Shown here in pieces: positions 27,815 through 37,264 of a stretch of DNA of 64,000 bases (positions are counted from its first letter, which is position 1; every line of letters begins with the position of its first letter). The notes under the pieces are model-generated. The model had not been told where the DNA came from. It saw nothing but the letters and a program-made list of their open reading frames with translations, and made no database searches. The position numbers were made by a program, and so were the translations under genes. The DNA lies in the IMG/VR virus record IMGVR_UViG_3300046660_000513, positions 1-64,000 of that record; one strand, written 5' to 3'. The DNA comes from a virus.

Positions 27815-27855
27815 GGGAATCTCCTCGGTGGTGGGTATATATCTACCCTAGCACA

Positions 27856-28050
27856 TCAGTCGGGGACACGTCGAGACGCCGCCAACAACCAGATACGCAC
27901 ATCCCCCAACTGCGCCGCTGTCATCCGGTCATCCTTCAACACGCCCCGCTCCTCCAGACGCTCGGCCACCTCCCGGACATTCTCCTCAGCCGTCCGCAAC
28001 AGAGCGGCCAGCGGGAAACTCCCCAACGGGACAGCAGGCTCCTCGGCCAT
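27856..28050 (-). CDS. Hypothetical protein
   Basis: GGAGG RBS before ATG 28050. Confidence 0.6.
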   Translation of the reverse strand: MAEEPAVPLGSFPLAALLRTAEENVREVAERLEERGVLKDDRMTAAQLGDVRIWLLAASRRVPD

Positions 28051-28220
28051 GCGACACCTCCAGTCGATATGGCCCACACGCTAGGGGACCCCACTGACAA
28101 ATGCCGTCCACTGCCGCGTCCGGGTACAAAAATCCACCCCTGACGGCCGTCAACGTCCTCGCGAGACTCGGGCTGTCAGGGGTGGATCTGGGCAATCGTC
28201 TTACACCAGGGGCGAGCCTA

Positions 28221-28493
28221 TCAGGCCCTCCCGTCGATCTGAACGAAGGCCGTCTCACCGTTGACGGTGAACTCGTAGGGGAGGTAATCGCTCTCGGTCA
28301 TCTCCCGGCGCTGGATCCTTACAGCGTGAACCGTGGGCGGCTTCACTCCGTCCCAGGCCAGCAGTTCCCGGGTGAGGTCACTGTCTCCGGCGTAGTAGTC
28401 GCCTTCCCACATCTTGGCGTAGTCGCGGAGGGTTCCGGCGACGAGGAGCCCGTCTCGAATCCACGCGTAGCGCTTCGGTTCGGTGTCGCTCAC
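28221..28493 (-). CDS. Hypothetical protein
   Basis: GTGA overlap. Confidence 0.65.
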   Translation of the reverse strand: MSDTEPKRYAWIRDGLLVAGTLRDYAKMWEGDYYAGDSDLTRELLAWDGVKPPTVHAVRIQRREMTESDYLPYEFTVNGETAFVQIDGRA

Positions 28494-28630
28494 TTGCCGT
28501 CTCCGCTCTCAATGTCCCGGTCAAGGTAGGGGTCGTGGCCCATGGGCAGGTAGCCGTTCTGGTGGCGCCAACTGGCCAGAGTGTCCGGGTGTTCGGCGAA
28601 CCATTGTTCCCAGATTTCGTCGAAGGTCAT
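28490..28630 (-). CDS. 46-aa protein (not in ORF track)
   Basis: ATGA/GTGA overlaps; MTFDEIWEQWFAEHPDTL... Confidence 0.55.
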   Translation of the reverse strand: MTFDEIWEQWFAEHPDTLASWRHQNGYLPMGHDPYLDRDIESGDGK

Positions 28631-29010
28631 GCGTCGTCTCCTTCATCGGTGGGCCGGTAGGGCGGGAAGAGGGCTCCTCCGTCGTCTTCCCAGACGCGGA
28701 CAGGCAGCTTCATGCGTTCCCTCCGCCGGTACTCTTTGGCCCGCTTTCTCTGGCGATCCTGTTCCTTGCGCAGGAGCTGCCCGGGTGGGGGTTCCCCGGT
28801 TTTGGAACGCCGTCTGCGGGCTGTGCGGGGTTCTGCGAGGTTGTCCTTGCGGCGCTTCTTGAGCCGGTCGTAGGTGTGCCACCAACCGCAGACGCACTTG
28901 TAGGATTTGAACAGGGTTCCAAGGTGTTCGCCCTGGTTGGTGGCCGTGATGTCGGCCCATTCCTTGTTGAAGTGCTTCAGTTTGCCGGTGGGGCAGTGTC
29001 TGCGCTTCAT
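28627..29010 (-). CDS. Basic protein with Zn-ribbon
   Basis: CPTGK...YKCVCGWWH; ATGA overlap. Confidence 0.65.
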   Translation of the reverse strand: MKRRHCPTGKLKHFNKEWADITATNQGEHLGTLFKSYKCVCGWWHTYDRLKKRRKDNLAEPRTARRRRSKTGEPPPGQLLRKEQDRQRKRAKEYRRRERMKLPVRVWEDDGGALFPPYRPTDEGDDA

Positions 29011-29375
29011 GGATTAGTCGTTGGGAGTCCGTTGCAGGGTCCGGAGCCGGGTGTGCCGCAGGCGTGATCAGGGCGGGTGCACTTCTGGGGGTCGTTGCGG
29101 TGGATGATGGCTTCAGCTGCGATTAGGGCCAGGTTGTAGTGACCCCCCTCGTACGCCGCGCAGAAGGCATTTTCGATCAGCGTTGCCAGTTCGGGCACGG
29201 TGTAGGTGTCGCTGCCGATCGATGGGTATCCGTCGGTGTCTTGGTAAACGACGGCCATGCTGACGGTCGGTTCAGGGCGTGCGGATTCTGGGGCGAGGTC
29301 ACAGTCTCCCCAGGTGTAGGTGTGCTGTTCGGAGCAGGTACGTTTGCAGCCGCGTTCATACCAGTCGGTGGGCAT
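29007..29375 (-). CDS. Hypothetical protein
   Basis: Motif 29405 + GGAGG RBS. Confidence 0.7.
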   Translation of the reverse strand: MPTDWYERGCKRTCSEQHTYTWGDCDLAPESARPEPTVSMAVVYQDTDGYPSIGSDTYTVPELATLIENAFCAAYEGGHYNLALIAAEAIIHRNDPQKCTRPDHACGTPGSGPCNGLPTTNP

Positions 29376-29552
29376 AATCCCTCCAAGATCAACTCGGCAA
29401 GTTATATCTACCCTACCAGAAATTCTGTTGTAAGGGCTAGCAAAAGAGACGCCCTAGCCCCTGCCTGAAACAGAGTGGACTAGGGCGTGCGCCGGAAATA
29501 CGTCCCCGACGAAAAGGGAAGTTAAGTTACTTACAAGTAACTGAGCGGAACC

Positions 29553-29789
29553 TTACCGGGACGGCTTCCGCAGCTCGTAGAAGTCATTGCCGAGGCGGAT
29601 CATGTAGATGGTCCGGTCGTCGTTCTCGATGAGCCGGGCGCTCTTATCGCCGTCCAGGAGAGCCCAGGCATCGGCGCACTTGGCGGGCTTGGTGGTTCCG
29701 GAGGCTGAGTCGTACTTGCGGCAATCGGTGTATGCGTCCCGGATGTTGATCACGTACTGGCGCCTGTTGCGGCCAATGGTCGTAGGCAT
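29553..29789 (-). CDS. Hypothetical protein
   Basis: Motif variant 29826 + GGAG RBS. Confidence 0.65.
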   Translation of the reverse strand: MPTTIGRNRRQYVINIRDAYTDCRKYDSASGTTKPAKCADAWALLDGDKSARLIENDDRTIYMIRLGNDFYELRKPSR

Positions 29790-29888
29790 GGGTACATTCT
29801 CCCAGGTCAAAGCGTTCGATTGTTGTCTCTACCCTATCGCAAAGCCCCGCCGACCTGCAAGATCGACGGGGCTTCTGCTACATATGTC

Positions 29889-30080
29889 TCACACGTTCTC
29901 CATGTCGGGCGGAAACTGCTTCTCCCACTCCTCCATGGCACGGGATGCGGCCTCGTGCTTCGTGCAGAACCCGTCATCACTCTCCGGGTCCGACTCCAGC
30001 TCGCACTGTTCCGGAGGGGTATCCGGGTAGCTTCCCCCAACCTGCCAGGTACAACCCTCTTCTTCCGGTGCAGTCGTCAT
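29889..30080 (-). CDS. Small acidic protein
   Basis: ATGA overlap. Confidence 0.6.
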   Translation of the reverse strand: MTTAPEEEGCTWQVGGSYPDTPPEQCELESDPESDDGFCTKHEAASRAMEEWEKQFPPDMENV

Positions 30081-30559
30081 ACGGCGCTCTGACCAGAGGG
30101 CCGGGACTGCCCGTCCTGCACGGATACAAAGCCAGCTTCCTCGGCCTCCTGAAGGTCCCTCTCGAACGCGCGGCCGAGAGTCCACGCGTCGTCGTACTTA
30201 CCTTCGAACAGCAGCTTCGCGACCTGACCGGCGATGTGGACCTGCGAGAGGGTCCCGCTGATCCAGTTGAACAGCCAGACGTTACCCGCCTGGTACGTGT
30301 GCAGCGGATCCGTCTCATAGCCGCGCATGCAGAAGGTCACGAAGAACTTTTCCAGCTGGTCCCGCTCGCCCCGGAACGCTTCGATCAAGGAGAGCGACTC
30401 CGGGAAGTTCTGGTCTGCGGGCCAGGCAACCATGGAGCCCCCGGCGCTCATGCCCATCTTCCAGGAGCCGGAGGTCTTCGCGGTCTTCGGCAGGGTGTCG
30501 TAGGGCCACGCGGTGGGGTTCGCGACGTTGGCCGGGATCTGTGGGTTCCGGTGTGCCAT
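30077..30559 (-). CDS. Hypothetical protein
   Basis: Operon position. Confidence 0.7.
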   Translation of the reverse strand: MAHRNPQIPANVANPTAWPYDTLPKTAKTSGSWKMGMSAGGSMVAWPADQNFPESLSLIEAFRGERDQLEKFFVTFCMRGYETDPLHTYQAGNVWLFNWISGTLSQVHIAGQVAKLLFEGKYDDAWTLGRAFERDLQEAEEAGFVSVQDGQSRPSGQSAV

Positions 30560-30647
30560 GCCGTGTCCTGTCTCTTGGGTGGTGGGTTGAAACGCTACCG
30601 GTACGGTCTGACATCCAGACCGTACCGGCGGGTTTTACACGAGGGCC

Positions 30648-31193
30648 TCAGGCGCTCTGTACGGGTGCCGCCAGGGCCTTGCGGACCGCCTCGACGACCG
30701 GAGCCCCCGCGATGTCCCCGATGGCCTTGAGAGCGGCATCCTGGGCCTGCTTGACGGCCTTGGCGACCTCACCGTGCAGCTCCTTGCGGACGGCCTCGGC
30801 GATGACCTGATCGATCGACTTGGTGTTGCTGTGGTGAGAGTTCCGGTTGGGCGTCCAAGCCTTCTGCGCTTCGTCCATGATGACGTCCCGCAGCGTAGTA
30901 GGCTCCCCGCTCGACTCACCCCAACTGTTCGTCTTCCGGATCGGGTTCTGGAGAGCCTCCATGATGATCGGGTCCAGCTTCTCCCGGATCATCTCGGTGC
31001 GGATCTCGGTGACCCGGGCCTTGAGGCCGGTGTACTCCGGCGCCCGGAACACCGCCTCCGCGATGCGCTTGGCAACCTTGTCACCGACGGTCTCCACCCC
31101 GTCCGGGTACGACTCCCCGTCCTCATCGACGGAGATGACGTCCGCGACCACGGTTGCAAGGGTGATCTCCGGGACAGTTACTACGATTTCCAC
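30648..31193 (-). CDS. Hypothetical helical protein
   Basis: AAGGAAG RBS. Confidence 0.7.
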   Translation of the reverse strand: MEIVVTVPEITLATVVADVISVDEDGESYPDGVETVGDKVAKRIAEAVFRAPEYTGLKARVTEIRTEMIREKLDPIIMEALQNPIRKTNSWGESSGEPTTLRDVIMDEAQKAWTPNRNSHHSNTKSIDQVIAEAVRKELHGEVAKAVKQAQDAALKAIGDIAGAPVVEAVRKALAAPVQSA

Positions 31194-31251
31194 AGTGCTT
31201 CCTTTTCAGGATGAGACAGGGGCGGCCGGTTGACCGCCCCTTGAGGGTGGA

Positions 31252-31665
31252 TCAGGCAGCCAACGCGTACTTCGCGGCCAGCACCGCCTTCGCGGCGGCG
31301 TACGAGGCCTTACGCGGCTTGTAGGTGTTCAGCAGGGTCTGCACCTGGAGGGCAGTGAAGTGATACACGATGTGGGACTTGGCCTCCCGTCGCGCCGGAT
31401 CCCCTGCCCGCCCCGACAGACGAGCCATACGGCCGCCCTTCCCGTCCACGGTGTTCCGGGTGCGCGTGATCTTCGCGGGCTTCATGCCGGTTCGCTTGGC
31501 GACACCTCGCAGGGCGATCACCATGCCCTTGGCGGTCTCGGGGTCGATCTCCGCCGCGATCATGTGCGTCGCGAGTGAACGGCCGCGCTTGAGGGAGGCG
31601 TTGAAGCGCGTGGCGGCGGAACGCTGGCGAAGGGTGCGGCGGTTCTGGCGGGTGTTGGCAAGCAT
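31252..31665 (-). CDS. Basic hypothetical protein
   Basis: Motif palindrome 31698-31732 + RBS. Confidence 0.75.
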   Translation of the reverse strand: MLANTRQNRRTLRQRSAATRFNASLKRGRSLATHMIAAEIDPETAKGMVIALRGVAKRTGMKPAKITRTRNTVDGKGGRMARLSGRAGDPARREAKSHIVYHFTALQVQTLLNTYKPRKASYAAAKAVLAAKYALAA

Positions 31666-31749
31666 TTGGGTCTCCCTCGGGTGGTGTCCCTTGCTGATGT
31701 ATCTACCCTAGCGTACTGCGAGGGTAGATACAAGCGAGACCCCGAGTTT

Positions 31750-32295
31750 CTAGTCCCAAGACCTGTCGTCCCACTGCACCGTGAGATGCAGCCCCCGGTC
31801 GTCCCCGTAGCCCTTGATCTCCGTGCGTACCTTCTGACCGATCGGGCAGACCTGCCCTCCCGGCAGATTGACGTACACCAGGCGAGCCCCGTTGTTGAGG
31901 TCAACGGTCCGGTCGAACGGTTCCCGCAGCCAGCCCGTGATGCTCCGGCACCCGGTACGTCCAACAGGCCAGTTCGAGTGCACGTTCCAGGTCCACCCGT
32001 GGATGCGGAGTTCGCACACCGCATCGCCCTTACCGATCCGGAGCGTGGCATCGGGGGCTGCCGGGCACTCGTACCGGTCGTGCCCGAAGTCGGGGCCCTG
32101 GGACACCATCACATCCCACGACATACCGCACGCACACGTCACCTGCGGGTCTTCCTTGAGCACACCCCACAGGAAGTCTTCATGCATCGTGTCGTAGGCG
32201 TTGGCCAGGTAGAACCGGGCGTCGTCCCGGCAGCCGGGGGAGGCCCCGGTCATCGCGGCGTCGATCCAAGTCAGCGGAACATCCTTCTTGTCCAT
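31750..32295 (-). CDS. Hypothetical protein
   Basis: Operon position. Confidence 0.6.
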   Translation of the reverse strand: MDKKDVPLTWIDAAMTGASPGCRDDARFYLANAYDTMHEDFLWGVLKEDPQVTCACGMSWDVMVSQGPDFGHDRYECPAAPDATLRIGKGDAVCELRIHGWTWNVHSNWPVGRTGCRSITGWLREPFDRTVDLNNGARLVYVNLPGGQVCPIGQKVRTEIKGYGDDRGLHLTVQWDDRSWD

Positions 32296-32473
32296 GCTCA
32301 CCACCCCATAGTGTTCAGTTTGTTCATGAGATCTGCTGTTTCTTCCGGGGTCAGACATGCAGGCCACCGGCAGGGATGGGTACAGGGGTGGGGCAGTGTC
32401 GTACACCCCCGATGGCAGCCGCACTCTTCCCGCTTGTCCGCTGGTTCATCGGTCGGCTGGGTCACAACCCCTC

Positions 32474-32626
32474 CTAAACGTACTTCCAGTTACGGCGGGT
32501 GATGATGTGGCCAATGGTTGTCCGGGACACCTTGTACTTATCGGCCAACTCCCGCTCCAACACCCCACCTTGGGCGTATTCCTTACGTATCGCCCATACA
32601 TCCTGCCTGGTGAGCTTTGCGGTCAT
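32474..32626 (-). CDS. Small HTH DNA-binding protein
   Basis: AKLTRQDVWAIRKEY...ERELADKYKVSRTTIGHII. Confidence 0.7.
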   Translation of the reverse strand: MTAKLTRQDVWAIRKEYAQGGVLERELADKYKVSRTTIGHIITRRNWKYV

Positions 32627-33168
32627 GCCGTCACCACCGTGTAGTTCGGCCGGAGCCAGAGAACGCTTTCGCAATCCCAGCCGTACATGCTGAGACTCCG
32701 GTCTCCCGGGATCCGTGTTGCTGCCTGCCCGTGATCGGTCAGGTAGAGCGCGGCATACCCGTCGTCGGCCAGCTGTTCCCAGTTGAAGACCGCCCAGAAC
32801 CCCCCGAGAAAGTCCGGCTCAGCGGCTACCCGGTAGGTCCCGAGGATCGCCTCCACGTCTGGAAGGCTGTCGATGACCAGGCCCTTGAAGTCAGGGGCTG
32901 GGGCGATCTCCAGGAAGCGCGTGTAGTCGTTCTGACCGAAGTCCTCGGACTGGTAGTACTCAGTCCACGTGGTGGAGATGATCTCCCCGGTGTAATCCAC
33001 GTCGGTGATAGTTGCCGTCCACAGCCCCCCGGCCAGGGGCTTGGGATCGTACGTCGAGTTGATGACGGGCCGAAACTTCTGAGGCTGTGTCAGGGCGAGG
33101 TCGTGTTCCATCCCGTGGGCGTAGGCCTGTCGGGGCAGGTCGGCGGCTGTGATCGTCGGCAGGGTCAC
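32623..33168 (-). CDS. Conserved phage protein (possible ADP-ribosyltransferase-like fold)
   Basis: H...KPLAGGLWTA...YGWDCESVLW. Confidence 0.6.
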   Translation of the reverse strand: MTLPTITAADLPRQAYAHGMEHDLALTQPQKFRPVINSTYDPKPLAGGLWTATITDVDYTGEIISTTWTEYYQSEDFGQNDYTRFLEIAPAPDFKGLVIDSLPDVEAILGTYRVAAEPDFLGGFWAVFNWEQLADDGYAALYLTDHGQAATRIPGDRSLSMYGWDCESVLWLRPNYTVVTA

Positions 33169-33389
33169 TTCGAGCCCTTCTCTGCCAGCAGCTCGATCAG
33201 CCGGTCCCGGACAATCTCCGCCTGCGCCCTGCTCAGGGACAGGTAACTCCCTTCACTGCTGTACTCCGGGTCATCCGGGTCGTGCAGGAACAGGGCGTCG
33301 TAGTGACGGTTGCCGTGGATGTTCTCGATGTGCACCTCCCCGCTGTAGAGAGTTACAACGGGAGTGACGGTGGTGGGCTCTGCTGTCAT
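33165..33389 (-). CDS. Hypothetical protein
   Basis: Motif 33414 + AGGAG RBS. Confidence 0.7.
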   Translation of the reverse strand: MTAEPTTVTPVVTLYSGEVHIENIHGNRHYDALFLHDPDDPEYSSEGSYLSLSRAQAEIVRDRLIELLAEKGSK

Positions 33390-33485
33390 GACCGGCTCCT
33401 GGGGTGTGGGATGTATCTACCCTAACAGAAACGCGGGAGGGGTGTCGAGCCTCAACAGCCCAACACCCCTCCCGCGAACAGGCGC

Positions 33486-34412
33486 TTACAGGATCTCAGG
33501 GATCGGCTCACCCAGCGGGTGGACCATCCGAGACAACGGCTTACCCCGCCGATGTGCGTTCCAGGCCCTCACGATGTACCCGATAGCCCGCACATCCTTG
33601 ACCCGGATGCCCTGGTCACGGTCGCTGCGAACACGCTCCCGCAACGTCAGCACCGGACTGCTCTCATCCAGCTTCGCACCCGTCTCGATGGCACCGAAGA
33701 ACCAGGGAGTGTCCTCCGCGCTGACCTGGTGCAGCAGGAAGTGCGACGTACCCAGCACCGACGGGGACAAGGGCTTGAAGGAACGGTGCACCCGCTCCCC
33801 GATCTCCGCTGAACGTCGCAGCTCCGGGTACTTCTCCATCGTTTCCGACAGCTCACCGAACGAAACAGCCTCGCGGAACGACCGGTCTCCGCGTTCCCAC
33901 AGAGTCACACGGCGCGCAATAGCAGCGAGAGCCTTGGAGTGCGTCTCACCCCGCAAGGTCAGGTTGTCGGTGTGGGTGCGCTTCTTACCCGCATCCATCG
34001 TCTCCTGGGTCTTCAGGGGCAGGTTGAAGATGACCAGCATCTTGACGGGGATACCGGCCCTGACGATGGCCCACAGACGGTGCTGGCCGTTCAGGAGGGT
34101 CCCGTCGACAGCGATTTGGATGGCTTCGCCGTTCAGCATCCACCTGCCTTCCGTCATGTCCCGGGCGTACAGCGCAACGGCGCTTTCGGTGAGCCTGCGG
34201 TTGCAGACGTTCTTCTTGAGCCACTCCGCAGCTTGTTCCGGTGTGACGTCGAGAATCTCCGTCAGGATCTCGGGAACGATCAGGGCCTTCTTCGTCTGGA
34301 GGCGGGGTGTGCGGGTGGATCCGGTGGTGGCTGCGGCGCGAGTCGGTGCGGGAATCTTCTTTGCGGCGCTTTTTTGCGATGCAGCAGAAGCTGTCTTGCG
34401 GGTGGATGCCAT
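33486..34412 (-). CDS. ParB/Srx-like N-terminal domain protein with basic N-terminal tail
   Basis: VTPEQAAEWL..N..NR.L....V..YARDM..GRW..NGEAI.....G.LLNGQHRL.AI. Confidence 0.8.
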   Translation of the reverse strand: MASTRKTASAASQKSAAKKIPAPTRAAATTGSTRTPRLQTKKALIVPEILTEILDVTPEQAAEWLKKNVCNRRLTESAVALYARDMTEGRWMLNGEAIQIAVDGTLLNGQHRLWAIVRAGIPVKMLVIFNLPLKTQETMDAGKKRTHTDNLTLRGETHSKALAAIARRVTLWERGDRSFREAVSFGELSETMEKYPELRRSAEIGERVHRSFKPLSPSVLGTSHFLLHQVSAEDTPWFFGAIETGAKLDESSPVLTLRERVRSDRDQGIRVKDVRAIGYIVRAWNAHRRGKPLSRMVHPLGEPIPEIL

Positions 34413-34499
34413 AGCTGGCGCGCCTTCCTACTGGGGTTGGGATGTATCTACCCTAGATCATACGGAGGGACGGGAGCAAGCACCCCCGTTGATTCGGTC

Positions 34500-34800
34500 G
34501 TAAGCCTTCCACGGTGAGGGCGGCTTGGTTACCCCGCGAGGGGTAGAGGCGAAAGTAACCAGGGGGTCTATCGTTAGCCTGCCTAACGTTTTCAAGATCA
34601 TCTTTTACCAAACGAATAGACGTTACTCGGACGGTACCCCAAAATTACTCGGCAAAAAGTAACCCAACTACCCTATCTGACCTGCATGTTTAAAGATCAT
34701 TACCTGGTTACCCCTGATGTATGCCTGCATGCGCGCGCACGTCATGCGCGCGGAACACAACACGTCCTTATCTGGATTTGGGGTAACCGGGAAACCGGGG
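34500..34800. other. Non-coding iteron-rich divergent gap; candidate replication origin or centromere
   Basis: Relatively AT-rich; repeated GGTTAC/GTAACC and TTACTCGG; two TTT(C/A)AAGATCAT; strand-switch point. Confidence 0.5.
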
Positions 34801-34895
34801 GGTTGGGCCAGGATGGGGCGGGCGTCGTGAACATGATCGCAATGTGCTAGGGTAGATACGTACTGAAGAGGACACCAGCACTCCGAGGAGACCTC

Positions 34896-35084
34896 ATGAA
34901 CGAGCAGCGCGATCAGACCGCAGACAAGACGGTCATCGACTCGTATCCGACCGAAGACGCGGCGTGGGCTCAGGCGCACAAGTTCGCCGCGACGCTCAAG
35001 TCCCGTGGCCTGGCAGCCAAGATGGGTGTCACCGTAAAGAAGGCATCCGGAGTCTGGTTGATCGTCCTGGTCAAGCGAGGCTAG
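34896..35084 (+). CDS. Hypothetical protein
   Basis: Motif 34845 + GAGGAG RBS. Confidence 0.7.
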   Translation: MNEQRDQTADKTVIDSYPTEDAAWAQAHKFAATLKSRGLAAKMGVTVKKASGVWLIVLVKRG

Positions 35085-35164
35085 GCCCCCGGGGTTGTAT
35101 CTACCCCCGAGACCTGCTAGTGTAGAGACATCGCAAACGGACACCGAAAACATAGGAGACCGTC

Positions 35165-35521
35165 ATGAGTGACCAGAAGCCTGCTGCTGTTGCCGCCGTC
35201 ATCGTTCCTGCTGCCGCCATCCGCGCCGGGTACAAGGTCGCGTATCCCGTGGACGTCAACGGCAAGGAGATCATCAGCCGTGGCGAAGTCTTCTCGTTCC
35301 GTCGCGTCGGCCACAACCGCGCGGAGATCACTCTCCTGCACGCCAAGACCGGCTCGTTCTTCACGAACGTGATCAAGGGCGGCGACCCCGTGCAGGTGCA
35401 CTCCGACGCTCTCGTTGCTGAGCCCACGGACGCGCTCTCCGTCGCCCTCATGGAGCACGTGAAGGAGCTGCTGAAGAGCCAGGCGAGCGACTTTTATTCG
35501 ATCTTCCCCATCGAGGACTGA
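35165..35521 (+). CDS. Hypothetical protein
   Basis: Motif 35115 + RBS. Confidence 0.75.
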   Translation: MSDQKPAAVAAVIVPAAAIRAGYKVAYPVDVNGKEIISRGEVFSFRRVGHNRAEITLLHAKTGSFFTNVIKGGDPVQVHSDALVAEPTDALSVALMEHVKELLKSQASDFYSIFPIED

Positions 35522-35605
35522 CCCCCAGACTCCCCCGCCGTCCGTGACCGTGCCGGACGGCGGGGTGTTCCTCCTCCCTGCCGCCCTTCAAGAGATAGAG
35601 AAATC

Positions 35606-35797
35606 ATGAGACTGTTCCTGCTTCGCCTCGTGCTGCCCATGTCCCTGTTCGCGGTGGCGCTGACAGTGACCGCGTGTGAGCCGTCCGGGCACTCCCACCC
35701 CCACACCACCACGGTCCGGCAGCCCGGCGAGACTCCCAAGACTCCCAAGCCGTCCAAGCGGGTCACGGTACGCAAGGTGCCGGGCAAGCGCCGGTAA
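35606..35797 (+). CDS. Small putative lipoprotein
   Basis: Signal peptide with lipobox-like VTAC. Confidence 0.55.
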   Translation: MRLFLLRLVLPMSLFAVALTVTACEPSGHSHPHTTTVRQPGETPKTPKPSKRVTVRKVPGKRR

Positions 35798-35900
35798 TTC
35801 CGGACGGATCGGGGGCAAAAGGCGGGGGAGCACAAGCTCTTCCGCCTTTTCGGCTAGGGTAGATACCCAAAAACTGAACACCACCCCAAGGAGATCAGTC

Positions 35901-36203
35901 ATGGCCCAGTACCCGTATTTGGTCGTTTTCGCGACCGCGACCGACCGCTACCCCTACGTTGTGCGTGCCAACGATGCGGTGCAGGCCGCCCGCCGGGGTC
36001 GGAGGATGTACGAAGCAGACCAGGGCGAGAACGCCACAGGTGAACTGCTGGGGCGGGTCCTGGATCTGAATCCGAAGCAGGTGGACGGCAAGTTTCTTCC
36101 TCGCCTCAACGGCAAGGTGGTGTCGTCGGATCCTTACGAGACCCCACAACAGGCTATCGATGCCACGCTGGCGTTCCTCAACACCCGGAGGTCCATCGCA
36201 TGA
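35901..36203 (+). CDS. Hypothetical protein
   Basis: Motif 35852 + AAGGAG RBS. Confidence 0.7.
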   Translation: MAQYPYLVVFATATDRYPYVVRANDAVQAARRGRRMYEADQGENATGELLGRVLDLNPKQVDGKFLPRLNGKVVSSDPYETPQQAIDATLAFLNTRRSIA

Positions 36204-36436
36204 CTGAACTGGAGCGGGCCGTACTCCCGTACTTGGGGCATGTGCACGTAGAACGTACGAAGGCGTGTACGTGCCCTGAGGACAGCTGGGCCCCGTGCGG
36301 GGGTCAGTATGCGGGCCGGTACGACGTGGCTTGTCCTCATCACAGGAGGTTGGGCCCTTGGGGGTCGTCGCACGATCCGTCGGGTTGCCCTAACCAGGAT
36401 GACCGGGCGCAGCCCCTCACCGTGGAGGGCAACTGA
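36200..36436 (+). CDS. Cys/His-rich hypothetical protein
   Basis: ATGA overlap, GGAGG RBS. Confidence 0.6.
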   Translation: MTELERAVLPYLGHVHVERTKACTCPEDSWAPCGGQYAGRYDVACPHHRRLGPWGSSHDPSGCPNQDDRAQPLTVEGN

Positions 36437-36545
36437 CGTGCCGTTAGGGATATTAGGGGGGTTAGGCGGATGGAATCCGATGCTTCCCCGATCCCATTTA
36501 TGGTAGGGTAGATACATCGTACGAAACACCGTCAAGGAGATCGCT

Positions 36546-37049
36546 ATGCCCAAGATCGTTGTAAGCGCCGAAGTCGAGAGCCGGATCACCCGGCACGCCG
36601 ACCCCGACGACATCTGGGATGCAGGCGACACGGCAGGCGAGGTCAGCAACGTAGAGGCTTTCATCGATCGCCACGACGGCCGTTACTACGGTGAGTCCGT
36701 CGCCCGTGAGCTGGACGTGAAGATCGGCGACACCGTGTACGCGGTCGTCGCGGACTACGAGAGCGGCAGCACCTTCGGCCGCAGCGGCGGGCATGCGACC
36801 GTCCTTGATGTCTTCACCACCCTGCTGGAAGCAGAGGGTCTCCTCGAAGCCGCTCAGGCGCCTCCGGCGAGTGACGACTACAGCGACCGGTACTCGTTCA
36901 CGCACAACGGCGTGGATTACCACCGGTCTTGGGTCGGTCACTTCGAGAGTCTCAACAGCCTGGACATCTGGGACATACAGGTCAAGCAGAACCCCCACGA
37001 CCCGATCAAGAAGGGTCCTGGCCGCTACAGCCTCAAGCGGGGGCATTGA
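36546..37049 (+). CDS. Hypothetical phage protein
   Basis: Motif 36501 + AAGGAG RBS. Confidence 0.75.
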   Translation: MPKIVVSAEVESRITRHADPDDIWDAGDTAGEVSNVEAFIDRHDGRYYGESVARELDVKIGDTVYAVVADYESGSTFGRSGGHATVLDVFTTLLEAEGLLEAAQAPPASDDYSDRYSFTHNGVDYHRSWVGHFESLNSLDIWDIQVKQNPHDPIKKGPGRYSLKRGH

Positions 37050-37112
37050 ATCGCCGCATAGATCCCGGGTGTTGCTCACCCGGGATCTATGCTAGGGTAG
37101 ATACATCAACAA

Positions 37113-37264
37113 GGGCGGAATGGCGAGCGTAGGCCGGTTCGAGTCCGGCCGTCCCGCAGGTCGCGGGTGTGAGGTTCAATTCCTCTTAACCACGGTGGCA
37201 AAAAGTGAGGGGCGCGCCCCCGATGACCGCGCAGAGAGGTTCGAGTCCTCTCCCGCCCGCGCAA
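37113..37264 (+). ncRNA. Structured RNA with three tRNA-type T-loop hairpins in terD leader
   Basis: GGCCGG-TTCGAGT-CCGGCC, GAGG-TTCAATT-CCTC, GAGAGG-TTCGAGT-CCTCTC; closing stem CGCGGGTG/CGCCCGCG. Confidence 0.6.
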
